This document shows, piece after piece, positions 46,112-55,054 of a stretch of 59,275 bases of DNA. The notes beneath the pieces are model-generated. The model was not told the origin of the DNA. It was given only the letters and a program-made list of their open reading frames with translations, and ran no database searches. Positions within the stretch are counted from its first letter, which is position 1; every line of letters starts with the position of its first letter. The position numbers and the translations under genes are program-made. The DNA lies in IMG/VR virus record IMGVR_UViG_3300044468_000011, positions 1-59,275 of that record; one strand, 5' to 3'. Source of the DNA: a virus. Its lineage: Duplodnaviria; Caudoviricetes.

Positions 46112-46515
46112 TGGCCCAACACCTCGAAGCCTTGGAGCGCGCCAACGAAGTCCGCCTTGCCCGGGCCGCGCTAAAACGCGAAATCAAGGCTGGCCAGGTC
46201 GCGCTCGGCGATTACCTGGCCGAGCCGGACCTACCGGACTGGCTCGACGGGATGCCCCTCGAAGAGCTGCTCGGGGCCCTCCCGGGGCTACGGAGATCCC
46301 GGATCGGCGAGTGGATGCACGAGGTGCCAATCAACCGCGGCGCTCTGATTCGCGCCCTGACCTACCGCAAGCGCCGCATCCTCGCCGCCCAGGTGCAGGG
46401 GTGGGAAAGGCACGCCGCCGATCGAGCCCAGCGCCGCGCCCGAGCCTCCATCGGCAACGAGCGCCACCCCGGTAATAGCCGCAACTCCTTCCGGGTCGCA
46501 CGGAGGGTTGCCTGA
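46111..46515 (+). CDS. Actinobacterial IHF (mIHF)-like H2TH protein
   Basis: QHLEALERANEVRLARAALKREIKAG..LLGALPG..IRALT.R.R. Confidence 0.75.
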   Translation: MAQHLEALERANEVRLARAALKREIKAGQVALGDYLAEPDLPDWLDGMPLEELLGALPGLRRSRIGEWMHEVPINRGALIRALTYRKRRILAAQVQGWERHAADRAQRRARASIGNERHPGNSRNSFRVARRVA

Positions 46516-46583
46516 TGACCCTCCCCACCTGGAAGACCGACTGCACCAAGCACACCTTTTCCCATCCACGAGAGGAGCACTGA

Positions 46584-47504
46584 ATGACCCCCGCAGCAAC
46601 CGAAGAGCTTCGCGCCTACCACGGCGACGAGGCGCTGAAGGAAGAGACCGTCGCCAAAGCGCGGATGCACAAAGAGGCCAGCGAGTTCGTCAAGGACCAG
46701 TACTTCTCCAAGAACGGGAAGACCAAAGTCTGCGCGGTCGGGTGCATCACCGAAGACCCGAACGGAGGCCACCATCTCTACCCGATTCGGTGGGGGATAC
46801 CAGAGTGGCTCGCTTACCTAGAGGAGAGGATCTTCACGGGGTTGCCCGACGAGAAGATGGCTGCCTGGCCGGAGCGTTTTCTTGACGCGATTCCCGTTGG
46901 CGCGGACTTCAGTGGTCTAGCGGACAGGCTCGCCATCCGCCGCTTGAAGGAGGAGTGCCTCCCGCTGAGCGGTCACTGGCCGGAGTCCGTGAGGGCGCAG
47001 GTAGTGGCATCTATCGAGCAGGCGATCGCCGCGCTCGAAGGAAAAGGTGACCGCGAAGCGGCGGCGCGGTCGGCGGCGTGGTCGGCGCGGTCGGCGGCGT
47101 GGTCGGCGCGGTCGGCGGCGTGGTCGGCGCGGTCGGCGGCGTGGTCGGCGGAGTCGGCGGCGTGGTCGGCGGAGTCGGCGGCGTGGTCGGCGCGGTCGGC
47201 GGCGTGGTCGGCGCGGTCGGCGGCGTGGTCGGCGCGGTCGGCGGCGTGGTCGGCGGAGTCGGCGGCGTGGTCGGCGGAGTCGGCGGCGGGGTCGGCGCGG
47301 TCGGCGGCGTGGTCGGCGCGGTCGGCGGCGTGGTCGGCGCGGTCGGCGGCGTGGTCGGCGGAGTCGGCGGCGTGGTCGGCGTGGTCGGCGTGGTCGGCGT
47401 GGTCGGCGCGGTCGGCGGCGTGGTCGGCGGCGTTCGAGCGTGAAGCTGATCGCCTCATCGCCGAGCTCGAAGCTCTTCCTGTTACCGGGATTGAGGCTGA
47501 GTGA
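46584..47504 (+). CDS. Hypothetical protein with SA(R/E)SAAW repeats
   Basis: GAGGAG RBS; CAVGC..GIPEWLA N-terminal domain. Confidence 0.85.
   Translation: MTPAATEELRAYHGDEALKEETVAKARMHKEASEFVKDQYFSKNGKTKVCAVGCITEDPNGGHHLYPIRWGIPEWLAYLEERIFTGLPDEKMAAWPERFLDAIPVGADFSGLADRLAIRRLKEECLPLSGHWPESVRAQVVASIEQAIAALEGKGDREAAARSAAWSARSAAWSARSAAWSARSAAWSAESAAWSAESAAWSARSAAWSARSAAWSARSAAWSAESAAWSAESAAGSARSAAWSARSAAWSARSAAWSAESAAWSAWSAWSAWSARSAAWSAAFEREADRLIAELEALPVTGIEAE
47061..47432 (+). repeat. 21-bp coding tandem repeat
   Basis: TCGGCG(CG/GA)GTCGGCGGCGTGG units. Confidence 0.95.
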
Positions 47505-47704
47505 CCTCAGGCGCTTTCAGGAGGGCTGACCGTCGCCGGCAGAAGTATCGGCCGGTCACCGCCTCGCAAACACGGACACTGGCCCGCCTTTGCGAGATGG
47601 GTGGTATCGAGATGCCCGTGTGCCGCTGGTCCCACCAGGCCAGCGATGCGATCGACCGTGCCCTGAAAGCAATTCGTGAACCGACCTTGGGGCCGATGGG
47701 CTGA
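47501..47704 (+). CDS. Hypothetical protein
   Basis: Coupled overlaps. Confidence 0.6.
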   Translation: MTSGAFRRADRRRQKYRPVTASQTRTLARLCEMGGIEMPVCRWSHQASDAIDRALKAIREPTLGPMG

Positions 47705-48252
47705 TGCGCTACATCTGCCCCCAAGGCTGCGTAGAGGAGCGCGGCATGACGAAAGGCCACCCCGGAGAGTGCCCGGAGGGCCACGGCCGCTTCCGCTACG
47801 AGAAAGAACTACAGCGGGGTAAGCCCCTCTCTCGGGTCAGCCCTAAGAGAGCCGAGAAGGTGCGCCGGCAGGGCTCGACGGTCAACCGAAGCCGCGGCTT
47901 CGCCGTCCACCCGAGCCAGCGGGCGAAGGTGAAGGGCCGCCCCTGCGTCAACTGTGGGGCGGGCCCCTACGAGGGGGCGACGATCGACCCGGCCCACCTG
48001 ATCCCCCGGCACTGGGTCTCGTGCGACCACCCAGACGGCGTGATCCCACTCTGCCGGAAATGCCACGACGAGTACGACGTGCCGAGTGGCGGACTGGACC
48101 TCCTCTCCCGCCTTGAGGAACGGGGCTTCCACAAAGAGATGGCGCACTTCATCGGCGAGCACCAGGTGAATCCGCTGACCCTGCTGCGGTACGTGACCGG
48201 GGTCGAGTACGTGCCGAAATCAGAGTCCCCGGAGAAGGAGGGGGCGAGGTGA
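47704..48252 (+). CDS. HNH-like nuclease
   Basis: CVNCG..DPAHL..VIPLCRKCHDEYD. Confidence 0.8.
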   Translation: MRYICPQGCVEERGMTKGHPGECPEGHGRFRYEKELQRGKPLSRVSPKRAEKVRRQGSTVNRSRGFAVHPSQRAKVKGRPCVNCGAGPYEGATIDPAHLIPRHWVSCDHPDGVIPLCRKCHDEYDVPSGGLDLLSRLEERGFHKEMAHFIGEHQVNPLTLLRYVTGVEYVPKSESPEKEGAR

Positions 48253-48905
48253 GCGATCGCGCTGCAACTTCCGTGCGCGGTCAGCGAGGTCGCGGTATGG
48301 GCGGGCACTCGGTGCCAGGCGGCGGGCTCAGCAACGAGTGGTACACCCCGCCGGAGATCTTCGACGCGCTCAAGCTCTACTTTGACCTGGACCCCGCCCA
48401 CCCGCTCGATCGACTCTTCTGGATCCCGGCGAAACGGACCTACTCCAAGGCCGACGACGGGCTCTCTCAGCCGTGGGAGGGGAAGGTCTGGCTCAATCCG
48501 CCCTACGGGCGCGAGACCGACCCTTGGCTCGAGCGCTTCGTCGAGCACGGCAACGGGATCGCCCTCGTCTTCGCCAGAACCGAGACGGAGTGGTTCCACC
48601 GCCACGCGCTAGCGGTCGACGCCTGGTGCTTCATTCGCGGCCGGCTCACCTTCGTCCACGCGGATGGCCAGCCTTCGCACTTCAACGCCGGCGCCCCCTC
48701 GGTCCTACTTGCCTGCGGTTCGGAGTGCGTTGACGCCCTGATCCGGTCGAAGCTCGGGATTACGGTCGGCGTCAACGAGGCAGCCGCACACACTCAGGCT
48801 TCGATCTTCGCCGACCTCGCACCGACTCCTGAGATCTCAGGGGGGGGGGGCTCTAACCAGATGACCGTCGACCAGGTGATCGCGGATATAGAGGGGGCGG
48901 TGTAG
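48249..48905 (+). CDS. Phage DNA N6-adenine methyltransferase (Dam family), copy 1
   Basis: EWYTP, FDLDP, WLNPPY, ARTET.WF, FIRGRL. Confidence 0.9.
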   Translation: MSDRAATSVRGQRGRGMGGHSVPGGGLSNEWYTPPEIFDALKLYFDLDPAHPLDRLFWIPAKRTYSKADDGLSQPWEGKVWLNPPYGRETDPWLERFVEHGNGIALVFARTETEWFHRHALAVDAWCFIRGRLTFVHADGQPSHFNAGAPSVLLACGSECVDALIRSKLGITVGVNEAAAHTQASIFADLAPTPEISGGGGSNQMTVDQVIADIEGAV

Positions 48906-49349
48906 GTGGACCGCTTGATCCTCGACTCGCTGGCGAGCTGGGTAGAGGCAGCCGAGCTTGGTCCTGGGACGGGCGTCCTCCTGGAGTTGACGATCGACCG
49001 CCCCTGCCCGCTGTGCGGAGGGACCACCTTCTGCCCGCGGGGCTGCCCGATGGCGGTGTGCCTGCTCGACTACTCCCTCAGAGCTCACCGGCGGATGCAG
49101 CCGGTCCACCCCCCGGAAGGATGCGAAGCCTGCAACGTCTTCGGCCAGTGCTCGTCGTGCTGGCCGGCAGGGGGTCGCGAACGAAGGCGCGCCCAGCGAA
49201 ACGGAAGCATCTTCCTGGTCGACAGCGTGCCGCTCTACTCGCGCCCCGACCATGAGCTGACCGACCCGATCCGCATCACCGCTTCTCAGGTTCAGAAAGC
49301 GCGTAAGGCCCAGCGCGACCCGCAACTACAGCTACTCGGGGCAGCCTGA
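48906..49349 (+). CDS. Cys-rich hypothetical protein
   Basis: Several CxxC motifs. Confidence 0.6.
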   Translation: MDRLILDSLASWVEAAELGPGTGVLLELTIDRPCPLCGGTTFCPRGCPMAVCLLDYSLRAHRRMQPVHPPEGCEACNVFGQCSSCWPAGGRERRRAQRNGSIFLVDSVPLYSRPDHELTDPIRITASQVQKARKAQRDPQLQLLGAA

Positions 49350-49368
49350 AGTGACCCCCTCTAAGGGA

Positions 49369-49524
49369 CTACTTCGGCAGTTTGAAGTTCGAGCCGCCTG
49401 CAAGCAGTTCGACCATGACCTGATTCAGGCTGCGCCCCTGCTTCTCAGCAAGGGCAGCGAGGTGGGCGTGCAGCGCCGGGCTGATGCGGAGGTTCGGGTT
49501 GCCGCTGTAGGTCTGCTTGGCCAC
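49369..49524 (-). CDS. HicB/Arc-like RHH protein (51 aa; not in ORF track)
   Basis: MAKQTYSGNPNLRISPALHAHLAALAEKQGRSLNQVMVELL; TACCAT-N7-GTG leaderless-type start. Confidence 0.85.
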   Translation of the reverse strand: MAKQTYSGNPNLRISPALHAHLAALAEKQGRSLNQVMVELLAGGSNFKLPK

Positions 49525-49532
49525 GTCGGAGA

Positions 49533-49578
49533 TGGTAGCGCATTTGGTAGCGAATCTGTGGTAGTGTATGCGCTACCA
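49533..49578. promoter_or_regulatory. Operator array for the RHH protein over divergent promoters
   Basis: TGGTAG(C/T)G x3 plus an inverted copy; TGGTAGCGCAT/ATGCGCTACCA. Confidence 0.7.
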
Positions 49579-49637
49579 AGCAAACAGGGCTCGCGGGACG
49601 GCAATCCCCAGCCCTCCTACTCAAGGAGTTGCGTCCT

Positions 49638-49862
49638 ATGAGCAGCAGCGACCAGCGTATCGCCGAGAAGCGAGCGCACGAACTTCAGGTAGGGGACCGC
49701 GTCCTCCAGTTGCACGAGGACGGCGAGCGCCGCCCAGCGAAGATCACCGACGTCTTCCCAAGCGAGGAGGGCGACATGGTCGACGTTCTTTACGACAACG
49801 GCCGCGGTTCGTGCTTTGGCCGCAACGATCGCGTACGGGTTCTCCGGGGCGGTGAGTCCTGA
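49638..49862 (+). CDS. Small beta-rich protein (ELQVGD)
   Basis: AAGGAG RBS. Confidence 0.75.
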   Translation: MSSSDQRIAEKRAHELQVGDRVLQLHEDGERRPAKITDVFPSEEGDMVDVLYDNGRGSCFGRNDRVRVLRGGES

Positions 49863-49863
49863 C

Positions 49864-50073
49864 ATGCAGGCAGAGGCTCGCATCCACGGCTGGGATCACT
49901 ACGCGGAGCAGGTTTTCGACCGCATGGGCGAAGGTCTTCGGGAAGCAGTCGATCGCGCCCTGCGCCACTGGCACGGGTTCCACCTGGAGCACGCTGGCCA
50001 ACTGCCTTTCCCCGGCCTCGAGCGCCCGGTCGAGCCCATCGACGTTGGTGCTTCCCTGGGAGCCATCCGATGA
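49864..50073 (+). CDS. Hypothetical protein
   Basis: Operon position. Confidence 0.6.
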   Translation: MQAEARIHGWDHYAEQVFDRMGEGLREAVDRALRHWHGFHLEHAGQLPFPGLERPVEPIDVGASLGAIR

Positions 50074-50240
50074 AGGTTCAGGCCAAGCCGTTGGACGAGG
50101 CTCTCGCTGCGGTATATCGGGATAACCCCCCGCTCATCGCTCGCCTCTGCGACCACCACCTTGACCCGACCGGAGCGCTGCTGGGCCGCGTTCGCGCTCT
50201 CGTCCGAACTGAGCGGGTCAACGACGAGGCCCAACAGTGA
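50070..50240 (+). CDS. Hypothetical protein (56 aa)
   Basis: Read manually; overlaps at both ends. Confidence 0.55.
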   Translation: MKVQAKPLDEALAAVYRDNPPLIARLCDHHLDPTGALLGRVRALVRTERVNDEAQQ

Positions 50241-50551
50241 CCCCCTCTAGTAACCCACAGGTAGGCCGGGAGATGCCTGACGTTCTGATTGACGAACCGG
50301 CGTTTCTCGGCTGGGTAGGTGGCGAGCGAACGCGGGGCCAAGCGGTCGCGCGGTTCATGGAGGGACTGACGGAGGCCGGGTACGCCGTCCGCTTCACCGA
50401 CTTCTGCGCGCATCGCGTCTTCGGTCGCCTGGTGCCTCGGAGCGACTCAACGAAGGGCTGGGAGGTCGCCGACCTGCCGGACCACTACATCGAACGCTGC
50501 GAGCGGTCCGACGACGGAGCCGTCCCGTACTGGGAGGTGACCTTCGCATGA
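50237..50551 (+). CDS. Hypothetical protein
   Basis: C-terminal C...GAVPYW resembles 51939-52232. Confidence 0.7.
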   Translation: MTPSSNPQVGREMPDVLIDEPAFLGWVGGERTRGQAVARFMEGLTEAGYAVRFTDFCAHRVFGRLVPRSDSTKGWEVADLPDHYIERCERSDDGAVPYWEVTFA

Positions 50552-50883
50552 GCCAGGTAGGCCGGGAGCCCAAGGTGGTGGAGCCGTATCCGAAAGGAAC
50601 GCGGGTTCACCACACGGGCGCGATCTACTCGCTCGGCCGCCCGGACGACGGTGAAAACCGGCTGAATGGCGGCTGGGGCCGAGTGCTGCGGGCTGTCAAG
50701 CAGCGGGATAACACCTACGAGTACGAGGTCGAGCAGGAACGGACTTTCGGCGGCAGGCTCATTTCGCTAATCCCCGGTCGGTCACGGACGACTTGGTGGG
50801 GCTCCCACCACATAGACGAAGCACTCGACCACAACGAAAAGGAGGCGGCGTCTAGCTGCCCCGGGAAAGGCAGTGATGATTGA
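50548..50883 (+). CDS. Hypothetical protein
   Basis: GGAGG RBS; overlap. Confidence 0.7.
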   Translation: MSQVGREPKVVEPYPKGTRVHHTGAIYSLGRPDDGENRLNGGWGRVLRAVKQRDNTYEYEVEQERTFGGRLISLIPGRSRTTWWGSHHIDEALDHNEKEAASSCPGKGSDD

Positions 50884-51673
50884 GATCAAGAGCCGCTGGG
50901 ACGGCAAGGTGCTGTACACGGCGGAGAACGCGCAGGACGTGCGAGCGGCGCTGGTTGAGGCAGCCGGTAAGCGCGCGTACCTCCAGGGCGCGTACCTCCA
51001 GGGCGCGGACCTCCAGGGCGCGGACCTCCAGGGCGCGGACCTCCAGGGCGCGGACCTCCAGGGCGCGTACCTCCAGGGCGCGTACCTCCAGGGCGCGGAC
51101 CTCCAGGGCGCGTACCTCCAGGGCGCGTACCTCCAGGGCGCGGACCTCCAGGGCGCGGACCTCCAGGGCGCGGACCTCCAGGGCGCGGACCTCCAGGGCG
51201 CGTACCTCCAGGGCGCGTACCTCCAGGGCGCGGACCTCCAGGGCGACGTCAACTCACCCAGCTACCCGCTCCACTTCTTCCGCGCCGATTACTGGTCGAT
51301 CCTGGACCAGGCGCCCGGCGATGTCGACTTCCTCCGCACGGCGCTGATTGAGGGCCGCGTCAACGGCAGCGTCTACAGAGACGATTCGGGTTGCGGCTGC
51401 CTCACGGGGACGATCGCAATTCACCACGGCTGCGATATCCGAGACCTCGCCAAGGAGACCGGCGTAGTACCCGACGCTGGCAGGCCGGCCGAGCAGTGGT
51501 TCATCGACATCGCCAAGGGTGACAAGCCGCTCCCCATCGACACGAAGGAGTGGCCCAACGAGTCGGTCTTCCGCCTCTCCTACGCGCTGGCCTGGCTTGA
51601 CGAATGGGTTGAGTCGCGGACGGCGATCGCGAAGGCCTTCAACGATAAGGAGGCGGCGAGAGGTGGCTGCTGA
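50873..51673 (+). CDS. Pentapeptide-repeat protein
   Basis: IEIKSRW N-terminus, 18 x A(Y/D)LQG, C-terminal CGCLTGT..PAEQWF domain. Confidence 0.92.
   Translation: MMIEIKSRWDGKVLYTAENAQDVRAALVEAAGKRAYLQGAYLQGADLQGADLQGADLQGADLQGAYLQGAYLQGADLQGAYLQGAYLQGADLQGADLQGADLQGADLQGAYLQGAYLQGADLQGDVNSPSYPLHFFRADYWSILDQAPGDVDFLRTALIEGRVNGSVYRDDSGCGCLTGTIAIHHGCDIRDLAKETGVVPDAGRPAEQWFIDIAKGDKPLPIDTKEWPNESVFRLSYALAWLDEWVESRTAIAKAFNDKEAARGGC
50975..51244 (+). repeat. 15-bp tandem repeat x18 (2 x 135 bp)
   Basis: GCG(T/G)ACCTCCAGGGC; pattern YYDDDDYYD twice. Confidence 0.95.
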
Positions 51674-51939
51674 GACGAAGGCGAAGCAGAAGATCACCGA
51701 ATGGAAGGGTGATCCACTGGAGCCGAAGATGGCCTTTGAGGGCGAAGAAGAGGTCTTCGATGCGGTGCTGCACGCCGAATGCCCGGACGGCGGCGAGGTC
51801 GCGCTGCACTTCCGACGGTGCCGACGGCCCAACCTCGTCCTCCTACCTGACCCCCGCGCAGGCGTACCTCTATGCCGAGCGAATCCGCACCGCCGCCTGG
51901 ATCGCCGAGCAACTGAGCAAGCCCGAGGACGACGACTAA
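51663..51939 (+). pseudogene. Hypothetical gene with a one-base frameshift near 51810
   Basis: MAAETKAK..VALHF joins DGADGPTSSSYLTPAQAYLYAERIRTAA..DDD* in the next frame; 277 nt. Confidence 0.55.
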
Positions 51940-52232
51940 TGCCCACCGAGACCAACCAACCAGACCTGCACGGAATCGAAAAGCAGCCCTTCCCGAGCTT
52001 CGGTGAGGACTGGAGCTACCTGGAGCGGGTGACGGTGAAGACGGTGGACGCGGCTCGCACGATCCTCGCCGCCGAATCGGGGATGAACCCCGAGGAACAC
52101 GATCCGCAGCCGATCTTCATGCGCTGGACCCGAGGCGAGCAGATCGCCGAGATCTCTGCCTTCGATGAAGGCTGGCTGGAGTGCGAAGCCGACCACCCGA
52201 ACGCGGTGCCCTTCTGGAAGGACGCACCATGA
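51939..52232 (+). CDS. Hypothetical protein
   Basis: TAATG coupling; WLECEADHPNAVPFW. Confidence 0.75.
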   Translation: MPTETNQPDLHGIEKQPFPSFGEDWSYLERVTVKTVDAARTILAAESGMNPEEHDPQPIFMRWTRGEQIAEISAFDEGWLECEADHPNAVPFWKDAP

Positions 52233-52498
52233 CCACCGAGACCAGCGGCGAGGTACGAATCGCGCTAGCCGATCCCGAGCGGGTCCTGATGGAAGAGATC
52301 GCGGACAAGCGCATGAAGCGCGAAGACGTGGCGCTCACCTACGCGCTGGCTATCGCATCCGGCGAGGAGATCGACTGGCCGAAGGTCAACCGGGCGATCA
52401 TGGACCGCTGGTCGGCCTCGGCGATGCGCTGGATTAAGGAGTTCGCCTGGAGGCAGATCCGCCGCTCTACCCAGTCCGACCCGGAAGGGGGCCAGTAA
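52229..52498 (+). CDS. Hypothetical protein
   Basis: VALTYALAI..DWPKVNRAIMDRWS. Confidence 0.8.
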   Translation: MTTETSGEVRIALADPERVLMEEIADKRMKREDVALTYALAIASGEEIDWPKVNRAIMDRWSASAMRWIKEFAWRQIRRSTQSDPEGGQ

Positions 52499-52857
52499 TG
52501 GTCGAGCTACCTGATGGGGTGAAGACGGTGACCCTGTTTCGCCCGTCCGCGATGAACGGCCCGGAACGGCGCGTGGGTGAGTGGACGACCGATCAGCGAG
52601 AGGTCTGCCACCTCGGCGAGGAAGTGCAGACGGAGGAGTTCGTCGCCGTGTCCAACGTGCCTGCCATCGAAGCAGCAGCGGTGGAGAGGGTCAGGGAGGA
52701 ACTGCTTTCCGACGCGGCGAAAGGCGCGCTCTACGACGCCGACCGCCGGTACCAAAACGTCGATCCCCGCGAGCAGAGCGAGGACGGCTGGGCCACTGCG
52801 CTACTCGAAGCGGCCCTTACCCAGCTAGCCCAGAAAGGGGACGGGGACCGTGGCTGA
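52498..52857 (+). CDS. Hypothetical protein
   Basis: Coupled array. Confidence 0.7.
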   Translation: MVELPDGVKTVTLFRPSAMNGPERRVGEWTTDQREVCHLGEEVQTEEFVAVSNVPAIEAAAVERVREELLSDAAKGALYDADRRYQNVDPREQSEDGWATALLEAALTQLAQKGDGDRG

Positions 52858-53326
52858 GAGCTACCTGGATGTTCTGCTGGCGAGGGTGATGCCTGAGGGC
52901 GGTTCAGACTTCGACGGTGACAACGCTCAGGCGGGGGCCGCGCTTCTGGTCGGTCAGGCCGTACGCGACCTCTGCTGGAAGTCGATGCTCTACCGCTGCG
53001 AGAAGTGCGAGTTTGTATGGCGGATCTGGCTCGCCCTCGGCGTCGAAGGCCCTGAGCCGTTGCGGACCAGCGGCCTCTACGTGCCCTGCTCCTTTAGCGT
53101 CTCCTGCCCAGCGTGGCCGAGCATGCAGACCTGCGACGGACTGATGAGCCATATCGACTGGGCGGGGGATCAGGACTTCGCGCCGACGCTCCCGCCCGAC
53201 TCGGTTCCTCGGTTCGTCCTGCCGGATAGCGGCGGCACTTGCGCCCGCCTTCACATCCCGGAGCTGGCGCTGGTCGAAGCCCGCCGCGCTCTCAACGAGC
53301 CGCCCGAAGGAGACCCCCATGCCTAG
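52850..53326 (+). CDS. Hypothetical Zn-binding protein
   Basis: YRCEKC..LGVEGP..CP..C.GLMSH.DW. Confidence 0.75.
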   Translation: MAESYLDVLLARVMPEGGSDFDGDNAQAGAALLVGQAVRDLCWKSMLYRCEKCEFVWRIWLALGVEGPEPLRTSGLYVPCSFSVSCPAWPSMQTCDGLMSHIDWAGDQDFAPTLPPDSVPRFVLPDSGGTCARLHIPELALVEARRALNEPPEGDPHA

Positions 53327-54281
53327 CCCCTCCATCCCACAGGAGAAGATCGAGGAGCTGGCGAAGGTCCGGTACGAACGCAAGCAGGCGTCGGTTCACG
53401 GTCACCGGACGCCCTGGCGAGAAGCGCCCGACGAAATCAAAGCCCGGTGGCTGAAGACTGCCGCCGAAGACCTCACCGCCATCGGCTATGGGGAGCTTGT
53501 AGGGGAACGGGATCGGCTCAGCGAGGAAGCCCAGCGCACCCGGGACCTTCTCGCTACCCGGCTGGAGGTGGCCACCAACCTCTTCGGGGCCGCGCAAGCC
53601 CTGCTGGACCGCGCCGAGAAAGCCGAGCAGGAGCTAGGGCAGGTAAGGAGGCTGGAGGCTCGCGTGCGGACGGAGCGCAGCGAGCCCGATGACTCTCCCG
53701 ATCCCTTGGGACGGCTCTTCACCGACTACAAAACGCTCCTTTGGAGCGCCGCCGAACAAGAAGAACGAAGGAAAGCAGCGGAAGGCCAGCTCTCCCAGGT
53801 ACGGGAGGAGGTCGAGAAGATCGATCGCAGGGTCTCGTACGACTTCGGGCTCGACGCGATCCGGGCCATCCTCGACTCCGCACCATCCCTATTGGGGGAG
53901 CCGCTGGAGATAGAGCACGAGTTCGAGCTTCCTCCGAACCCTTGGCTGTACGTCTCGGGCCACCTCCTGACCGACGAGGCGATCCGCGAGCTGACCGGGC
54001 AGATCGTCCACGGCTCAGACGGCGAAGTCATTTCGCTTCCCTACCAAGTGGTCAAAGACGCTCTGGCCGATGTTCTTCGCCAGCTTGCCCGCAGCACCAA
54101 TCAGCCATCAGGGGAAGAGGAGAACAGCAGCGGGGTAGGGGCGGAGGTCTACCTAGTCCAGTGCGGCGAGTGCGGATTCATCGGCGGGCCGGAGCTTGGG
54201 CACTGCGCGAAGTGTGGCTACGACGGAATCGACCCACGGAGCGACGGGCGATTCTGGGTGCCCGTGGAGGGAGCAGCCTGA
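53319..54281 (+). CDS. Mosaic hypothetical protein (coiled coil plus C-terminal Zn ribbon)
   Basis: CGECG..CAKCG. Confidence 0.75.
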   Translation: MPSPSIPQEKIEELAKVRYERKQASVHGHRTPWREAPDEIKARWLKTAAEDLTAIGYGELVGERDRLSEEAQRTRDLLATRLEVATNLFGAAQALLDRAEKAEQELGQVRRLEARVRTERSEPDDSPDPLGRLFTDYKTLLWSAAEQEERRKAAEGQLSQVREEVEKIDRRVSYDFGLDAIRAILDSAPSLLGEPLEIEHEFELPPNPWLYVSGHLLTDEAIRELTGQIVHGSDGEVISLPYQVVKDALADVLRQLARSTNQPSGEEENSSGVGAEVYLVQCGECGFIGGPELGHCAKCGYDGIDPRSDGRFWVPVEGAA

Positions 54282-54688
54282 TGCTCTTGTACACCTGTCA
54301 AGCCTGCGTTCACGGCCAGCACGATCTCTGCGCTGGGAAGCAGGCTCCACCGCAGGGGATGCTGGGTGGTAGCGAATGTGACTGCGACGGTAACTGCGCC
54401 AGCCGAGCGAAGCCCGATCCTCAGATAGACGCCCTTGCCCAGCAGCAGCACACCACCCCCGTATCTGGAGAGCCGGGGGATCGGGAGCGGCTGAATCGGA
54501 TCGCCGCCAGCTTCGACTACAAGGCCGCCGCGAACCCCTCCCAGTACGCCCGCGAGGCCGACGAAAAGAACGCCGCCTTCCTACGTGACCTCGCTTCCCG
54601 CCTATCAGTACAGGACGGGGGCGGGGAGTTCGGCCTGAGCGAGGACGACAAGCTCGCGGTCCAAGAGGAGACGGAACCCAATGGCTGA
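54281..54688 (+). CDS. Mosaic hypothetical protein
   Basis: CQACVHGQH..CDC; DRERLN module. Confidence 0.7.
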   Translation: MLLYTCQACVHGQHDLCAGKQAPPQGMLGGSECDCDGNCASRAKPDPQIDALAQQQHTTPVSGEPGDRERLNRIAASFDYKAAANPSQYAREADEKNAAFLRDLASRLSVQDGGGEFGLSEDDKLAVQEETEPNG

Positions 54689-54748
54689 TCAACACGCTCC
54701 CGGCTCCTGGGAAGTCGATCAGTCCGGCTGGCCCGAGCAGAGCAACCA

Positions 54749-55054
54749 ATGGCCAGGGGGAAGCAGGTGAAGGCGGAGTGGCCCCCGATCAAGGTGATGC
54801 GCGACCCCCAGGAGGAGACCTACGAGGTCGTCTTAGGAGGTCTCGAGTCGGCGCCCTACGAGTCGGTGGGCTTGGAGTTCAGAACCTATGTCCCGGCTCG
54901 GCAGCTCCTGGAAGAGCTCAAAGGTGAGGTAGAGGAACTGCGCCTCGCAGCGATTCAAGCCGTCCAGCCGGAGGGCTACCGGCTCACCGAGGCTGCCGCC
55001 AACCGCCTCACCCAGATCATCGACAAGTACACGGAGGCCCTGGCCAATGAGTGA
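54749..55054 (+). CDS. Hypothetical protein (start possibly GTG 54767)
   Basis: Coupled array. Confidence 0.65.
   Translation: MARGKQVKAEWPPIKVMRDPQEETYEVVLGGLESAPYESVGLEFRTYVPARQLLEELKGEVEELRLAAIQAVQPEGYRLTEAAANRLTQIIDKYTEALANE

Noticed and set aside
47061-51244. Tandem repeats as CRISPR arrays or DGR template/variable repeats
   Set aside because: No unique spacers; repeats are in-frame coding; no cas or reverse transcriptase gene in the window.
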